Source: Pseudobdellovibrionaceae bacterium
GTDB lineage: Bacteria > Bdellovibrionota > Bdellovibrionia > Bdellovibrionales > Bdellovibrionaceae
Assembly: GCA_041288045.1 (NCBI GenBank)
Contig: JBGGMM010000068.1
Span: 1 to 53,941 of the forward strand
Direction of reading: 5' to 3'
Length of the DNA: 53,941 nucleotides
The position numbers and the translations under genes were made by a program. Positions 18,192 to 27,271 of this stretch are shown piece after piece (within the stretch, counting starts at the first letter, position 1; each line of letters begins with the position of its first letter). The notes beneath the pieces are model-generated. The model did not search any database. It saw nothing but the letters and a program-made list of their open reading frames with translations, and was not told where the DNA came from.

Positions 18192-19255
18192 AAAAAGCTC
18201 ATTTGATCTCCGGGTCTTGCAAAAGACTCGGCGGAAAGTTTGACTTCAGATTGATTCAGGCTCCATTTTTGTGTGTAAATGCGAAACATCTGCTGCAGAT
18301 TCTGAGCAATGGGGCCGGCCCCCCGCATTCGCGAACCAAATTCAGAGTCATTTAATTTTCCTCCTCGCAGATCGCGAATCAAGGAAAGGACTTTTTCTTT
18401 CTTGTCAGGGCGGTGGACTTCTAGCCATTCGCTAAAAAGCGGGCTGACCGCTAAGGGGAGTCTTAAGGGAGTATAACCCGCAAATTGCGCTCCAGCGTCT
18501 CTGGCCGCTTTTAAAATGGACGGCAGTTCATGATCGGTCAGTCCTGGGATCACCGGTGCCACATTCACCCCGACAGGAATCCCGGCTTGCGCCAGCTTTT
18601 CAATGGTCTGCAGACGGGCCTGGGGCCTTGACGTCCTGGGCTCAAGATCACCGCAAAGATCGGCATCCAAAGTCGTGACTGAAATAAACACCAAAGCTCC
18701 TTGAAACTGAGCGAATTCTTTCAACAAATCCAAATCCCGTGTGACCAGCTGATTTTTGGTGATGATTCCCACAGGGTTTTTAAATTCAAGCAGAACTTGC
18801 AAGCAGCGACGAGTGAGCTCCAGTTTTCTTTCGATCGGTTGGTAGCAGTCGGTGACTCCGCTGAGAAAAATCGCTTCGGGTTCATAGCTTTTCTTCATCA
18901 AAGCTTCATGCAAGAGTTCGGGAGCACTTTCTTTGACCATAATGATGGATTCAAAATCAAGGCCTGGAGAAAACCCCAGATACTCATGGGTGGGACGGGC
19001 GTAGCAATAAGCACATCCATGCTCACAGCCCCGATAGGGGTTCACAGAAAGGCGAAAGCCGATATCGGGGCTTTGGTTTTCGGTCAGAATGCTTTGCGAA
19101 GAATCTTTCAGGAAACGAGTTCGAAGCAGTGGTTTTTCATCCTCACAAAAGGCTTCCCAATCTTGGAGTTCCAGCTCCACATGGCTTTTTTCAAAGCGGT
19201 TGTGCTGCTGACTGCTGGCCCCGCGTCCTGTGATGTTTTTTCTGAATTCTTTCAC
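18188..19255 (-). CDS. PA0069/Rv2578c-family radical SAM protein (SPL-like)
   Basis: SVNPYRGCEHGCAYCYARPTHEYLG, TDCYQPIE, LEPRTS.P..R, GSRMRG. Confidence 0.9.
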   Translation of the reverse strand: MKEFRKNITGRGASSQQHNRFEKSHVELELQDWEAFCEDEKPLLRTRFLKDSSQSILTENQSPDIGFRLSVNPYRGCEHGCAYCYARPTHEYLGFSPGLDFESIIMVKESAPELLHEALMKKSYEPEAIFLSGVTDCYQPIERKLELTRRCLQVLLEFKNPVGIITKNQLVTRDLDLLKEFAQFQGALVFISVTTLDADLCGDLEPRTSRPQARLQTIEKLAQAGIPVGVNVAPVIPGLTDHELPSILKAARDAGAQFAGYTPLRLPLAVSPLFSEWLEVHRPDKKEKVLSLIRDLRGGKLNDSEFGSRMRGAGPIAQNLQQMFRIYTQKWSLNQSEVKLSAESFARPGDQMSFF

Positions 19256-19411
19256 TCACCAAATCTAGCAAAAATCCCTGGCTCTGTCACTGTTTCGGCT
19301 CTGGTTCCACAATGGGTCAGCTCAGGCAATAATTATAACCGACAAATCACAGTCTTTACTTCTGCACGGAAAAAAATTAGATCTTGCCTCCGTTTCCCCG
19401 AGGAGTCCGGT

Positions 19412-20767
19412 ATGCGATTTTTTCTTGCGCTTTTGCTTTTACCCCTTGTGGCCTGCCATTCTTCACGCTCGTCCTCTTTCAACGAGAGCCCAGCGGAACA
19501 AGCTCAGCTTTACTCCTTGGACGGCAGCGAAAGGCAAGTGCAATTTCAGGCGATTTTAAAATCTTCAGAAAAGAGTCTGGAAACACTCAGTCCGACCCGA
19601 GTGAGATATGAGATCAAAGATCTGATTCCGTTTCTTTATGGCCCTTTGACCACCAGACAATGGGGAGCTCCACAAAAAGGTGAGCAAATCGAAATTCTCA
19701 CTCAACAAGCTTTCGTTCAAGACGGCGTGGTGATGGTCCCTTATATTTATCGCGGCACTTGGTTGATCGGAAAGAAGCTCCTGGCGGCGCCGTTTTTTCT
19801 GCCGGTTCCTTTTTCAACAGGACTTCTTGACACCCCTCAATGGAATCAATGCACAGACTCTCATGAAGGCCACAATGGTTGGGATATGTTCTGGTACTAC
19901 TGGGATCCCACGCGCTGGGGCTGCGATCACCGAGAGGGTGTGAATTTCCAAACAGTTCAAATCCAAATGAATCCTCAAGAAACACCGCAGACATTTCTTT
20001 CTTTCCCAGAGTACCGAAAGATGATTCGCATGGAAGGCCAGCAGCCCGTGGTTTCGATGAGCTTTGCCTTTGGTTATGTCGAGGACCCGGAGGTGCCGCG
20101 TCCTTTCACCGACAGAGATGCGGGAATGATTGAATTTCAAAGATTTCACCAGTTGCTTCGCAGTGTTCTTTTGCCCATGGGCTTTCAAGAAAATCCTGTT
20201 TTGCAAAAGGCCTTTGATGATTTGGGTGAGGAGCGGATTGGAACTCGCTTTGTGGGCTGGAAAAACGGAGTGCTGTACCGAATTCATGTCCTAGCTGCTG
20301 CCGGAGTGGATCAAATGGATCTCTTTGCTCATAGCTACGCCAAAGAGCATGAAAGTTTTTTTGCCTGGTTTGGCCATTCGCGTGTGGGCTCTGGGTTTGA
20401 TGCTCAACGCTTTCATCAAATTGTTTCCAACAATCCCGAAATCTTCTCTCTGACGTCGGATTATCAGTTGGTTTACTGGGCTGGCTGCAACAGCTACTCC
20501 TATTACACAGCTCCTTTTTTTGAGATGAAGGCCAGTTTGCAACCGGATGTCGATCCTCGCGGCAGCAAGAGCCTGGATATTATTTCCAACGGACTTCCAT
20601 CCTTATTTGCTTTCAATACGGACAATGCTGAAATTTTATTTCGTGCCCTGTTCAATCCTGAATCTCCGACCAGCTATCAGGCTCTGGTCAACCAGCTGGA
20701 AGCCAAAGCCCATTCTTGGGGCTATGAGGTCTTGGTCAATGTTCTTGGCGACGAGGACAACGAATAA
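19412..20767 (+). CDS. Lipoprotein with possible His/Cys (clan CD-like) peptidase domain
   Basis: GAGGAG SD before ATG 19412, lipobox LVAC, FGHSRVG and WAGCNSYSYY. Confidence 0.6.
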   Translation: MRFFLALLLLPLVACHSSRSSSFNESPAEQAQLYSLDGSERQVQFQAILKSSEKSLETLSPTRVRYEIKDLIPFLYGPLTTRQWGAPQKGEQIEILTQQAFVQDGVVMVPYIYRGTWLIGKKLLAAPFFLPVPFSTGLLDTPQWNQCTDSHEGHNGWDMFWYYWDPTRWGCDHREGVNFQTVQIQMNPQETPQTFLSFPEYRKMIRMEGQQPVVSMSFAFGYVEDPEVPRPFTDRDAGMIEFQRFHQLLRSVLLPMGFQENPVLQKAFDDLGEERIGTRFVGWKNGVLYRIHVLAAAGVDQMDLFAHSYAKEHESFFAWFGHSRVGSGFDAQRFHQIVSNNPEIFSLTSDYQLVYWAGCNSYSYYTAPFFEMKASLQPDVDPRGSKSLDIISNGLPSLFAFNTDNAEILFRALFNPESPTSYQALVNQLEAKAHSWGYEVLVNVLGDEDNE

Positions 20768-20777
20768 TCCTGAAATG

Positions 20778-22358
20778 TCAGTGCATGGAGCTTAGGTAAT
20801 TTCGAATGGTGACCCGAAAAAGCGAGCCTTCATGAGGAACGCTTTTGACCAGGGTCACGTCCCCGCCAAGGGCTTGGGCGATTTTTTTTGAAAGTGCCAA
20901 GCCCAGTCCTGCACCCCCGTATTTCCGAGTCAGACTGTAATCGACCTGACTGAAGGGTTTAAACAGGCCCTCCTGCTGATCAGCCGAAATTCCAATTCCG
21001 CTGTCTTGCACGTCAAAAGCCAGAATGTCTGAGTTCTTTCCGGAAGGCCCCAAGCTCAATCGCAAACTCACAGAGCCCTGTTGAGTGAATTTGATGGCGT
21101 TGTGGGTGAGGTTGATGAGAATCTGTTTTAATTTGAGGGGATCGGTGCAGATTTCTTCTGGAACTTGAGGATCCATTTCAAACTGCAAATTGATTTTTCT
21201 TGTGTCGGCTTGCACTTGCAGGGACATGAGAACTTCGGAAACCAAAGTTCGCACCAGAAAGCGAGCTTTCTGTGTTTCCAAATGGCCGGATTCGACCCGG
21301 GAAAGATCCAAAATTTCGTCAATCAAATGAGTCAGAAGCTCGCCATTGCGGTGAATGGCTTCGCGACATTTCCGACGCTCAAATTCAGGAACAGAAGGAT
21401 CACCTAAAATTTCAGCAAATCCCAAAACAGCTCCGAGGGGAGTTCGAATTTCGTGGCTCATGTTGGCCAAAAAGGCTGTCTTCAGTTCATTGGCCGAATT
21501 GGCTCTTTCAAGCACGATCTTGAGGCGTTTTTCGCTTTGCTTGAGCGCGACTTCGACTTCGCGATTTTTGGTGATATCTCTGGCGATCAAGATGATTTTT
21601 TCTGGTCGGCCTCTGATATCTAAAAGTGGCATGGCAATCACATCCCACCATTTGGGGGTTCCAGACAATGTCGGGCTGAAGCCGACGAAATGTCCGGAAG
21701 CTCCTTTTTTTGCGCTTTCAATCAATGCTTCGGCATTGGCGTGTTCTTGCGGGTCCTCCCAAAGATCCGTCCAATGATATCCAACCACATCCCGCATGTC
21801 CTGAACTTCCAGCAGTGTTTGTGCTGTGCTGCTGATGGATTCAATTTTGCCATCGAAAGTGATGATCTTTATGCAGTGAAGCCTGCTTTCCATCAACTGT
21901 GAGCGAAGGGAATCATTGAGGCGAAAATAGGTTTCAGTTTCATTGTGCAGCTTTTTTTCGCGAGACTCGGAAAGATAATGGGCGATCAAATGCGCTTGTT
22001 CAAAAATATTTTTCTTCAGCAAACAATCGGTGGCGCCAGCTTTTAAAATACTCAAAGCAGCTTCTTCAGACATTTGTGAGGAGATGGCGACGAAAGGAAT
22101 GGGAAGCCCCAATTCTTTGACTTTTTGAAGTGCCTGAGAGGCCGGCATATCCGGAGTTTCATCATCACTGACAATCAGATCCCATTGACTGTCAGGGTCT
22201 TCGAGGGCTGCTAGAAATTCTTGTGAACTTTGCACTCGCCGAAAGGTGGGATTGAGTCCTTCTTGTCGAAGCGCATTTTGGAGAGCATCAAAATCCTTTT
22301 GCGAGTCTTCGACAACCAAGAGGCGTTGATCTGGGTTGAAGGAGCTGTTCATTGACAT
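20778..22358 (-). CDS. Cytoplasmic hybrid sensor kinase REC-PAS-HisKA-HATPase
   Basis: LLVVED…DLIVSD receiver, PAS/PAC ending ARDIT, FLANMSHEIRTPL, NLTHNAIKFT, DSGIG, GGAGLGL. Confidence 0.92.
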   Translation of the reverse strand: MSMNSSFNPDQRLLVVEDSQKDFDALQNALRQEGLNPTFRRVQSSQEFLAALEDPDSQWDLIVSDDETPDMPASQALQKVKELGLPIPFVAISSQMSEEAALSILKAGATDCLLKKNIFEQAHLIAHYLSESREKKLHNETETYFRLNDSLRSQLMESRLHCIKIITFDGKIESISSTAQTLLEVQDMRDVVGYHWTDLWEDPQEHANAEALIESAKKGASGHFVGFSPTLSGTPKWWDVIAMPLLDIRGRPEKIILIARDITKNREVEVALKQSEKRLKIVLERANSANELKTAFLANMSHEIRTPLGAVLGFAEILGDPSVPEFERRKCREAIHRNGELLTHLIDEILDLSRVESGHLETQKARFLVRTLVSEVLMSLQVQADTRKINLQFEMDPQVPEEICTDPLKLKQILINLTHNAIKFTQQGSVSLRLSLGPSGKNSDILAFDVQDSGIGISADQQEGLFKPFSQVDYSLTRKYGGAGLGLALSKKIAQALGGDVTLVKSVPHEGSLFRVTIRNYLSSMH

Positions 22359-22408
22359 CCTTTCCGCAAGGGAGTCTCTGGAATCTTAAGATCTTCAAAA
22401 ATCCAGGG

Positions 22409-22424
22409 TGCAAGTCCAATTCCA
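22409..22424 (-). promoter_or_regulatory. sigma54-type promoter of the hybrid kinase
   Basis: Minus strand TGGAATTGGACTTGCA, canonical GG/GC spacing, ~50 bp upstream of the start. Confidence 0.5.
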
Positions 22425-22671
22425 TCAATTGGAATGCATTAAACTGCGGAAATGAGGCAAAAAAGGATGAGTCTTTAAAAAGTTGGGTGAGCCGGGGCGT
22501 GGATCGGGTGAGAGGCGTGATTGATCTTATTCCCTTTTCTTTGGGCACGACCCCAGACGGAAACCAAAAGAAAGAGGAAGGCGATTGCCAGTAGAATTTT
22601 GCTTTTTGTTTTCATAAAACAGACCTCCGGCCCTTCGCATACTCCCGATTGCCGGATCTGTCGATAGCAAT

Positions 22672-23916
22672 TTAAGGATTGAGGCTTGTCGAAATAACCT
22701 TCACCCGTCCAAACTGATCAGTGCAGGTTTGCATCATATATCCGTCGTTGACGCAAGACCAGATGGAGCGCTCTCCCAAAGTGGCAGAGCACATCCAAAA
22801 ACAGCATTCCTGAGTCGAACTGGTTCCGTCACATTCTGGTGGCTTTCTTGAATCGGTCATCGGGTAGTAACAGCCGATGCGGTTGTTGTAATTGTATTGT
22901 TTGGCGCCGGTTGAGCAGTTGCCGGCTTTTTCTGCCGAGGCAGCGAGTGTTCCACTGGGGCAGGGCGTTTGATCGGCTCGCCATCCCATTTTTCCACCGA
23001 TATCGCAGACATAACCTTTGGAGCGGATTTGTGGGACAGTTGCAGCGACTTTGCAGCTTTGATCGGCTTGCAAGACTCCGCCTTGGGATTTGCAAGACAG
23101 ACAAGAATTGGTTTCATAAAAAGGAGCTGCCAGCAAAGCTTGAGTGGATTTGTTGCGAAGCTGTCCGTTGGTATCGCAGTATCCGACGAGTGAAGTGCAT
23201 TGAATTGGATCTTTTGAATATGAGAATTCTTGGCCGGCCGAAAGAGTGCGACCATCAAAATAACAAGAGGCAGCTGATTCTGAACAACTGGCATAAATCG
23301 AAGCTGTCAGGAGTTGATTGTTTGAATCCGCCAATGTGCCATCAGCCTGACAATGTCCTGTTCGGGGTTCGCAGGAAGCTGTGGAAGTTCCCAGTGAATT
23401 CAAATAATAAGTGAAAGTCTCATTGGTTTTCAACGTTCGGCCTTCAAACAGACAGGCGCCAGCTGTGCAGCTCGAATAAAGGTAAGTGCCCGAGAGCTTG
23501 CCATCGGTGCAAGTGCGCTTTTGTGAGGAGCACTGGCCGTTGACCGGCTTGTCATAGGCAGCAATGAAATCACCGCTCTGAATGGTGATGCCGTTAAACA
23601 GGCAGGCTTTCAATCCGGTTTTGCAACTGGCGAAAGTGAAGGAACCACTCAGCACATTGTTTTTGCAAGTCCGAGTTTCCGACACACAGCCATTGGTGAA
23701 TTCAGGAGTCGAGTTGAGATAGGCCGTCACGCTCTGGCCTTCTCCTAAAACTTTGCCATTAAAAAAACAGCTCAGAGGTTCTTCTTGAAAAGCAGTGGCC
23801 GTGCTGCTGGCTTCAGTGCCCACATCAACCACCATTGGCTCTTTTGCACAATTTTGAAAGAAAAGACCAAGGCTCACAAAGACCGCGACCCAAAGATAAA
23901 TCACTGCATTTTTCAA
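22672..23916 (-). CDS. FQNC lipoprotein with four Cys-rich repeats
   Basis: LGLFFQNC, repeats C.F[NED]G…G….Y…C….. C..G.L……..SC, Cys-rich C-terminus. TTG start after GGGGG SD. Confidence 0.8.
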   Translation of the reverse strand: MKNAVIYLWVAVFVSLGLFFQNCAKEPMVVDVGTEASSTATAFQEEPLSCFFNGKVLGEGQSVTAYLNSTPEFTNGCVSETRTCKNNVLSGSFTFASCKTGLKACLFNGITIQSGDFIAAYDKPVNGQCSSQKRTCTDGKLSGTYLYSSCTAGACLFEGRTLKTNETFTYYLNSLGTSTASCEPRTGHCQADGTLADSNNQLLTASIYASCSESAASCYFDGRTLSAGQEFSYSKDPIQCTSLVGYCDTNGQLRNKSTQALLAAPFYETNSCLSCKSQGGVLQADQSCKVAATVPQIRSKGYVCDIGGKMGWRADQTPCPSGTLAASAEKAGNCSTGAKQYNYNNRIGCYYPMTDSRKPPECDGTSSTQECCFWMCSATLGERSIWSCVNDGYMMQTCTDQFGRVKVISTSLNP

Positions 23917-23970
23917 GCTGTCCCCCTGGCTCTTTTCTTATCGGTTCAGAGCGAGAAAATTCAAGTAGAG

Positions 23971-23985
23971 GTCTCATTGTGAAAC
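23971..23985. promoter_or_regulatory. Palindromic site GTCTCA-N3-TGAAAC (candidate activator UAS)
   Basis: Located in a divergent intergenic region ~110 bp upstream of a sigma54-like element. Related sites at 509-521 and 47492-47506. Confidence 0.4.
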
Positions 23986-24081
23986 AGGACCAGCTGCTTG
24001 AAATCACTGACAAACTCTCAGTCATTTTTTTCCAGTTCAACAGCTCAGAGGGTCTTAACTCTTTCTCAATGAACCCTGGCT

Positions 24082-24097
24082 TGGTCCCAAAATTGAA
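24082..24097 (+). promoter_or_regulatory. sigma54-like promoter of vWA lipoprotein
   Basis: TGGTCCCAAAATTGAA; GG at -24 with a TTGA variant at -12. Confidence 0.4.
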
Positions 24098-24120
24098 ATA
24101 GTTTGGGTTGGGGGAACAAC

Positions 24121-25251
24121 ATGCAAAACTCAAAATTTCATATCCACGCCAAGAAAATTTCAGTCGCTCTGGGACTTTTGGCCCTGCTGACTTTTCAAAA
24201 CTGCGCCAAGGTCGGCGTCGAAGATCTCAGCACAAGCAATGCTTCTACCGGACTGCCAGTTGACGATTCAGGGATCCCACAAGATCCAGGTGATGGAGAG
24301 CCTGTTTTGCATCAACAAAAAACAATTTTGAAATCTGATCAGTCACCTTTGGATATCGTTCTCATCATTGATAATTCAGGATCCATGAAGCCTGACAGCG
24401 TGAGCTTAGCTAATAAATTAGGCGGCTTCATCGATACATTGGAAGACCTGAGCATGGACTGGCAGATGTGTTTGATCACTTCAGATCTGGCGGCCACAAA
24501 TGGAAAATCTCATCCTTGGGTGGGTCAATCCGGAGCCCGCGCCCACATTCTGGCCCGAGGCGCCTCGGATGTTGGCAGCATCATTGTGAATACCGTCAAC
24601 AATCTGGCCTTCAATACCACCAATTCAGGAGATGAAAGAGCCATCGCTTCTTTACGCAAGCACCTGGATCTGCGATCAACCAACAACTGTTACCGTACGG
24701 GATCTGTCGTCACTTCAATTGTGATTTCTGATGAAGATGAGCGCAGCATCGGTGGCAATCGAGACCTTTACACTGCCTACTATACAAGTGCGAAACTTGA
24801 TGAGCAGTCCAAAGACAAACCAATGGAAGCCATCGACTTTGCCACCAATATGAATGCAGCTTTTAAATCGGCTCTTCCAAGCAACAAGCTGGTCTCTAAT
24901 TCGATTGTTGTCCAATCAGGCGATATGGCCTGCTTTGATACTCAACGCTTTCAGAAAGATTCTATAGCGTTTTGGGGAAAGCAGTATGAAGCCTTGTCGT
25001 CATTGACTGGTGGAGCCGTTGGCAGCATTTGCGCTGCTGATTACGGACCTGTTCTTTCCAAATTTGCTTCAGTCATCAACAAGTCCTATAAGGCCGTGCA
25101 GCTCGAGTGCAATCCGATCAGTGCAATCACTGTTCAAGCTGCTGATGGATCACAGATGTCCTACACTCGCAGCGGAATGACTTTGAATTTCGAGACTTCG
25201 CTGTCTCAGGATTTAGAAATCAGCATTTCTTACATGTGCGCCGGCCAATAG
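24121..25251 (+). CDS. FQNC lipoprotein with vWA (MIDAS) domain
   Basis: LLTFQNC, DIVLIIDNSGSM (DxSxS), VISDEDE, GSICAADY. GGGGG SD before ATG 24121. Confidence 0.85.
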   Translation: MQNSKFHIHAKKISVALGLLALLTFQNCAKVGVEDLSTSNASTGLPVDDSGIPQDPGDGEPVLHQQKTILKSDQSPLDIVLIIDNSGSMKPDSVSLANKLGGFIDTLEDLSMDWQMCLITSDLAATNGKSHPWVGQSGARAHILARGASDVGSIIVNTVNNLAFNTTNSGDERAIASLRKHLDLRSTNNCYRTGSVVTSIVISDEDERSIGGNRDLYTAYYTSAKLDEQSKDKPMEAIDFATNMNAAFKSALPSNKLVSNSIVVQSGDMACFDTQRFQKDSIAFWGKQYEALSSLTGGAVGSICAADYGPVLSKFASVINKSYKAVQLECNPISAITVQAADGSQMSYTRSGMTLNFETSLSQDLEISISYMCAGQ

Positions 25252-25397
25252 TGGCTTGAGGCGCCTCCATCCACGATCTTGACCCTTGGTATGCCATGCC
25301 AGGGGTTTTGTGTTTCCGACTGTCGGTCCTCATTCGAGTTGGAAATGAATGCATTTGACATGCACTGCGGAATCTCATTTGCACTTCATGTTTCATC

Positions 25398-25685
25398 ATG
25401 GGACACCACAAACTTTTTTATCAAAACGGAAAAATGATTCGTGACCGACTCAATGAAGCCAGAGAGAGAGCTCAGAAAATTCTGCAATTGGAAAAAGATT
25501 TGATTGAGATGCTCATTGAAATTGATCAGAAAAAATTCTATGTCCGCTATGGGTTTAAGTCTTTGAATGGTTTTTGCCGATTTGGATTGAAGTTTTCAAA
25601 GACCCAAGCCCAACGAATCACAACACAAGTTCGCCGCTCTATACCAACGGACAACATCGTGGATGAGAGCCCTCCCCAAGTCTAG
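25398..25685 (+). CDS. Small protein resembling the N-terminal helical part of DUF222/HNH-type proteins, without an HNH domain
   Basis: LIEIDQKKFYVRYGFKSLNGFCRFGLKFSKTQAQRI pattern. No Cys/His nuclease motif follows. Confidence 0.5.
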   Translation: MGHHKLFYQNGKMIRDRLNEARERAQKILQLEKDLIEMLIEIDQKKFYVRYGFKSLNGFCRFGLKFSKTQAQRITTQVRRSIPTDNIVDESPPQV

Positions 25686-25898
25686 AATCGAAAAAATCGA
25701 CTGAAATTTCGACATGTCGTTTTTCTCACTTCTCAAACCCAATTGAAGGACCCCACGGCGAGTCCCGATTTTGCTTTTTCTATAAGAAGCATCAGATGAA
25801 AGCTCATCTGCAATTCAGCCTATTCAAATGGGTTGAAACTGAAGAACTTTTGAACTGGCGCTTGGGGCGATGTGTGTTTGCTCAAGGGGAATCTCAAA

Positions 25899-27125
25899 AT
25901 GAATCAGTGGAAACGCATCATTAAAAACAGCATCATGATTTCTTTAGCGAGCCTTCCGCTTTTTGCTTACAACAATTGCGGTTCTCCGGGCTTTGAGACT
26001 GTCTCAGTTTCTGAAGACTTGGCTTCAACCGCAGGAGACCCCAGTCTTCCCAATCAGCCATCGACTCCGACAACCACGCTGCCTCCAGTGACTCAGCCGC
26101 CGAATCCGCCGACGGGGAACAAAGTTGAAATTTTCGTGGCCTCTGGTCATCAAGGTCGCACCATCATGTCTTGCGATGAAGGCCAGACTTGGATCAATGA
26201 TCGATCTGACAATCCCAATGCGATTTGTTGGGGACCTGACAACACGGATCCCAATTATGCCGAGTGCGATCATTCACCAAGTGCAGGAACTGGGATCGAG
26301 TACGCCAATGGCTATTTCTACACCACTTTTGGTTGGGGCTACGGAGGAACTGTGCGCAGATCCTCGGATGGAGCCAATTGGCAAGTGCTCAAAAGCGGTG
26401 GCTGGGGCGGTGGCCTGGCGATTGTGCAAAACTCTCTGATGCTTCTTTGGGATAAGTGGCCGATCACTCATGATTGGGGATCGACTTGGACAAACACTTG
26501 GAACACCACTCAGCTCTCGGGTTTCAATGCCAGACGATTGACGAAGGCTGGCAACAAATTGATTGCCATGGGTGGAACAACGGGGATTGCCATCAGTTCC
26601 GATCTTGGCGTGAATTGGTCAAGACCTGCTTCTTTCCAGCCTGCTTGGGGTGATGGAGTTGAGAAGGGCAGAGGTGGAGCTGTTGAGGGCAATGGTGTGA
26701 TTGTGATTCTCTCGACCAAGACAGCTTCTCCGAATATTCTCTATGCTTCTCGATCGACGGATCAAGGGCAGACATGGACCGCGGTGGAAGTCGCCACTGG
26801 ATCTGGTTTCAGTTGGAGCAGTTTGATTTTTGCCAACGGCAAATTCATGTCTTGGGGTGGTGGAAAAATGTGGACCAGTACCGATGGCGCCTCTTGGACG
26901 GGCACAGCGATGAACATCGGCAACGTCCCAGGCCCTATCGCACGAAATTCCAAAGGCGTTTTCACACTCATTAAAGCCGTTTGGGCCAACTACTACAATT
27001 TGCAATACGCCTATCGCAGCACCGATGGAGTGAACTGGACAAAGCTGAGCGCAACTGCTTTTCCTGGCGGTCATCCTCTGAACTTTATCCTCTCAGGTGA
27101 AGTGGATGCGAGCGCTTGTCCCTAA
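25899..27125 (+). CDS. YNNC lipoprotein with BNR/Asp-box beta-propeller
   Basis: LFAYNNC, Pro/Thr linker, repeated S.D.G..W boxes (SCDEGQTW, SSDGANW, SSDLGVNW, STDQGQTW, STDGASW, STDGVNW). Confidence 0.85.
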   Translation: MNQWKRIIKNSIMISLASLPLFAYNNCGSPGFETVSVSEDLASTAGDPSLPNQPSTPTTTLPPVTQPPNPPTGNKVEIFVASGHQGRTIMSCDEGQTWINDRSDNPNAICWGPDNTDPNYAECDHSPSAGTGIEYANGYFYTTFGWGYGGTVRRSSDGANWQVLKSGGWGGGLAIVQNSLMLLWDKWPITHDWGSTWTNTWNTTQLSGFNARRLTKAGNKLIAMGGTTGIAISSDLGVNWSRPASFQPAWGDGVEKGRGGAVEGNGVIVILSTKTASPNILYASRSTDQGQTWTAVEVATGSGFSWSSLIFANGKFMSWGGGKMWTSTDGASWTGTAMNIGNVPGPIARNSKGVFTLIKAVWANYYNLQYAYRSTDGVNWTKLSATAFPGGHPLNFILSGEVDASACP

Positions 27126-27224
27126 AGCCCTGAATTTTCAGTGACATTCTTGGGCTCTTCATCAAACTTTCGACAGTCGCTTCAGGTCGAAGGCTTCTCA
27201 ATTTCACTTCTGAATTCAACTGGA

Positions 27225-27240
27225 TGGCATCTGCTTCGCA
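27225..27240 (+). promoter_or_regulatory. sigma54-type promoter
   Basis: TGGCATCTGCTTCGCA, canonical spacing, 31 bp before ATG 27272. Confidence 0.5.
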
Positions 27241-27271
27241 GTGCTCATGAGTTGAAACAGGAGTCGAATTT

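Noticed and set aside
18701..19411. N-terminal 237 aa of the 688-aa ORF-track call
   Set aside because: Antisense to the radical SAM gene. A strong SD, ATG and lipoprotein signal at 19412 mark the real start.
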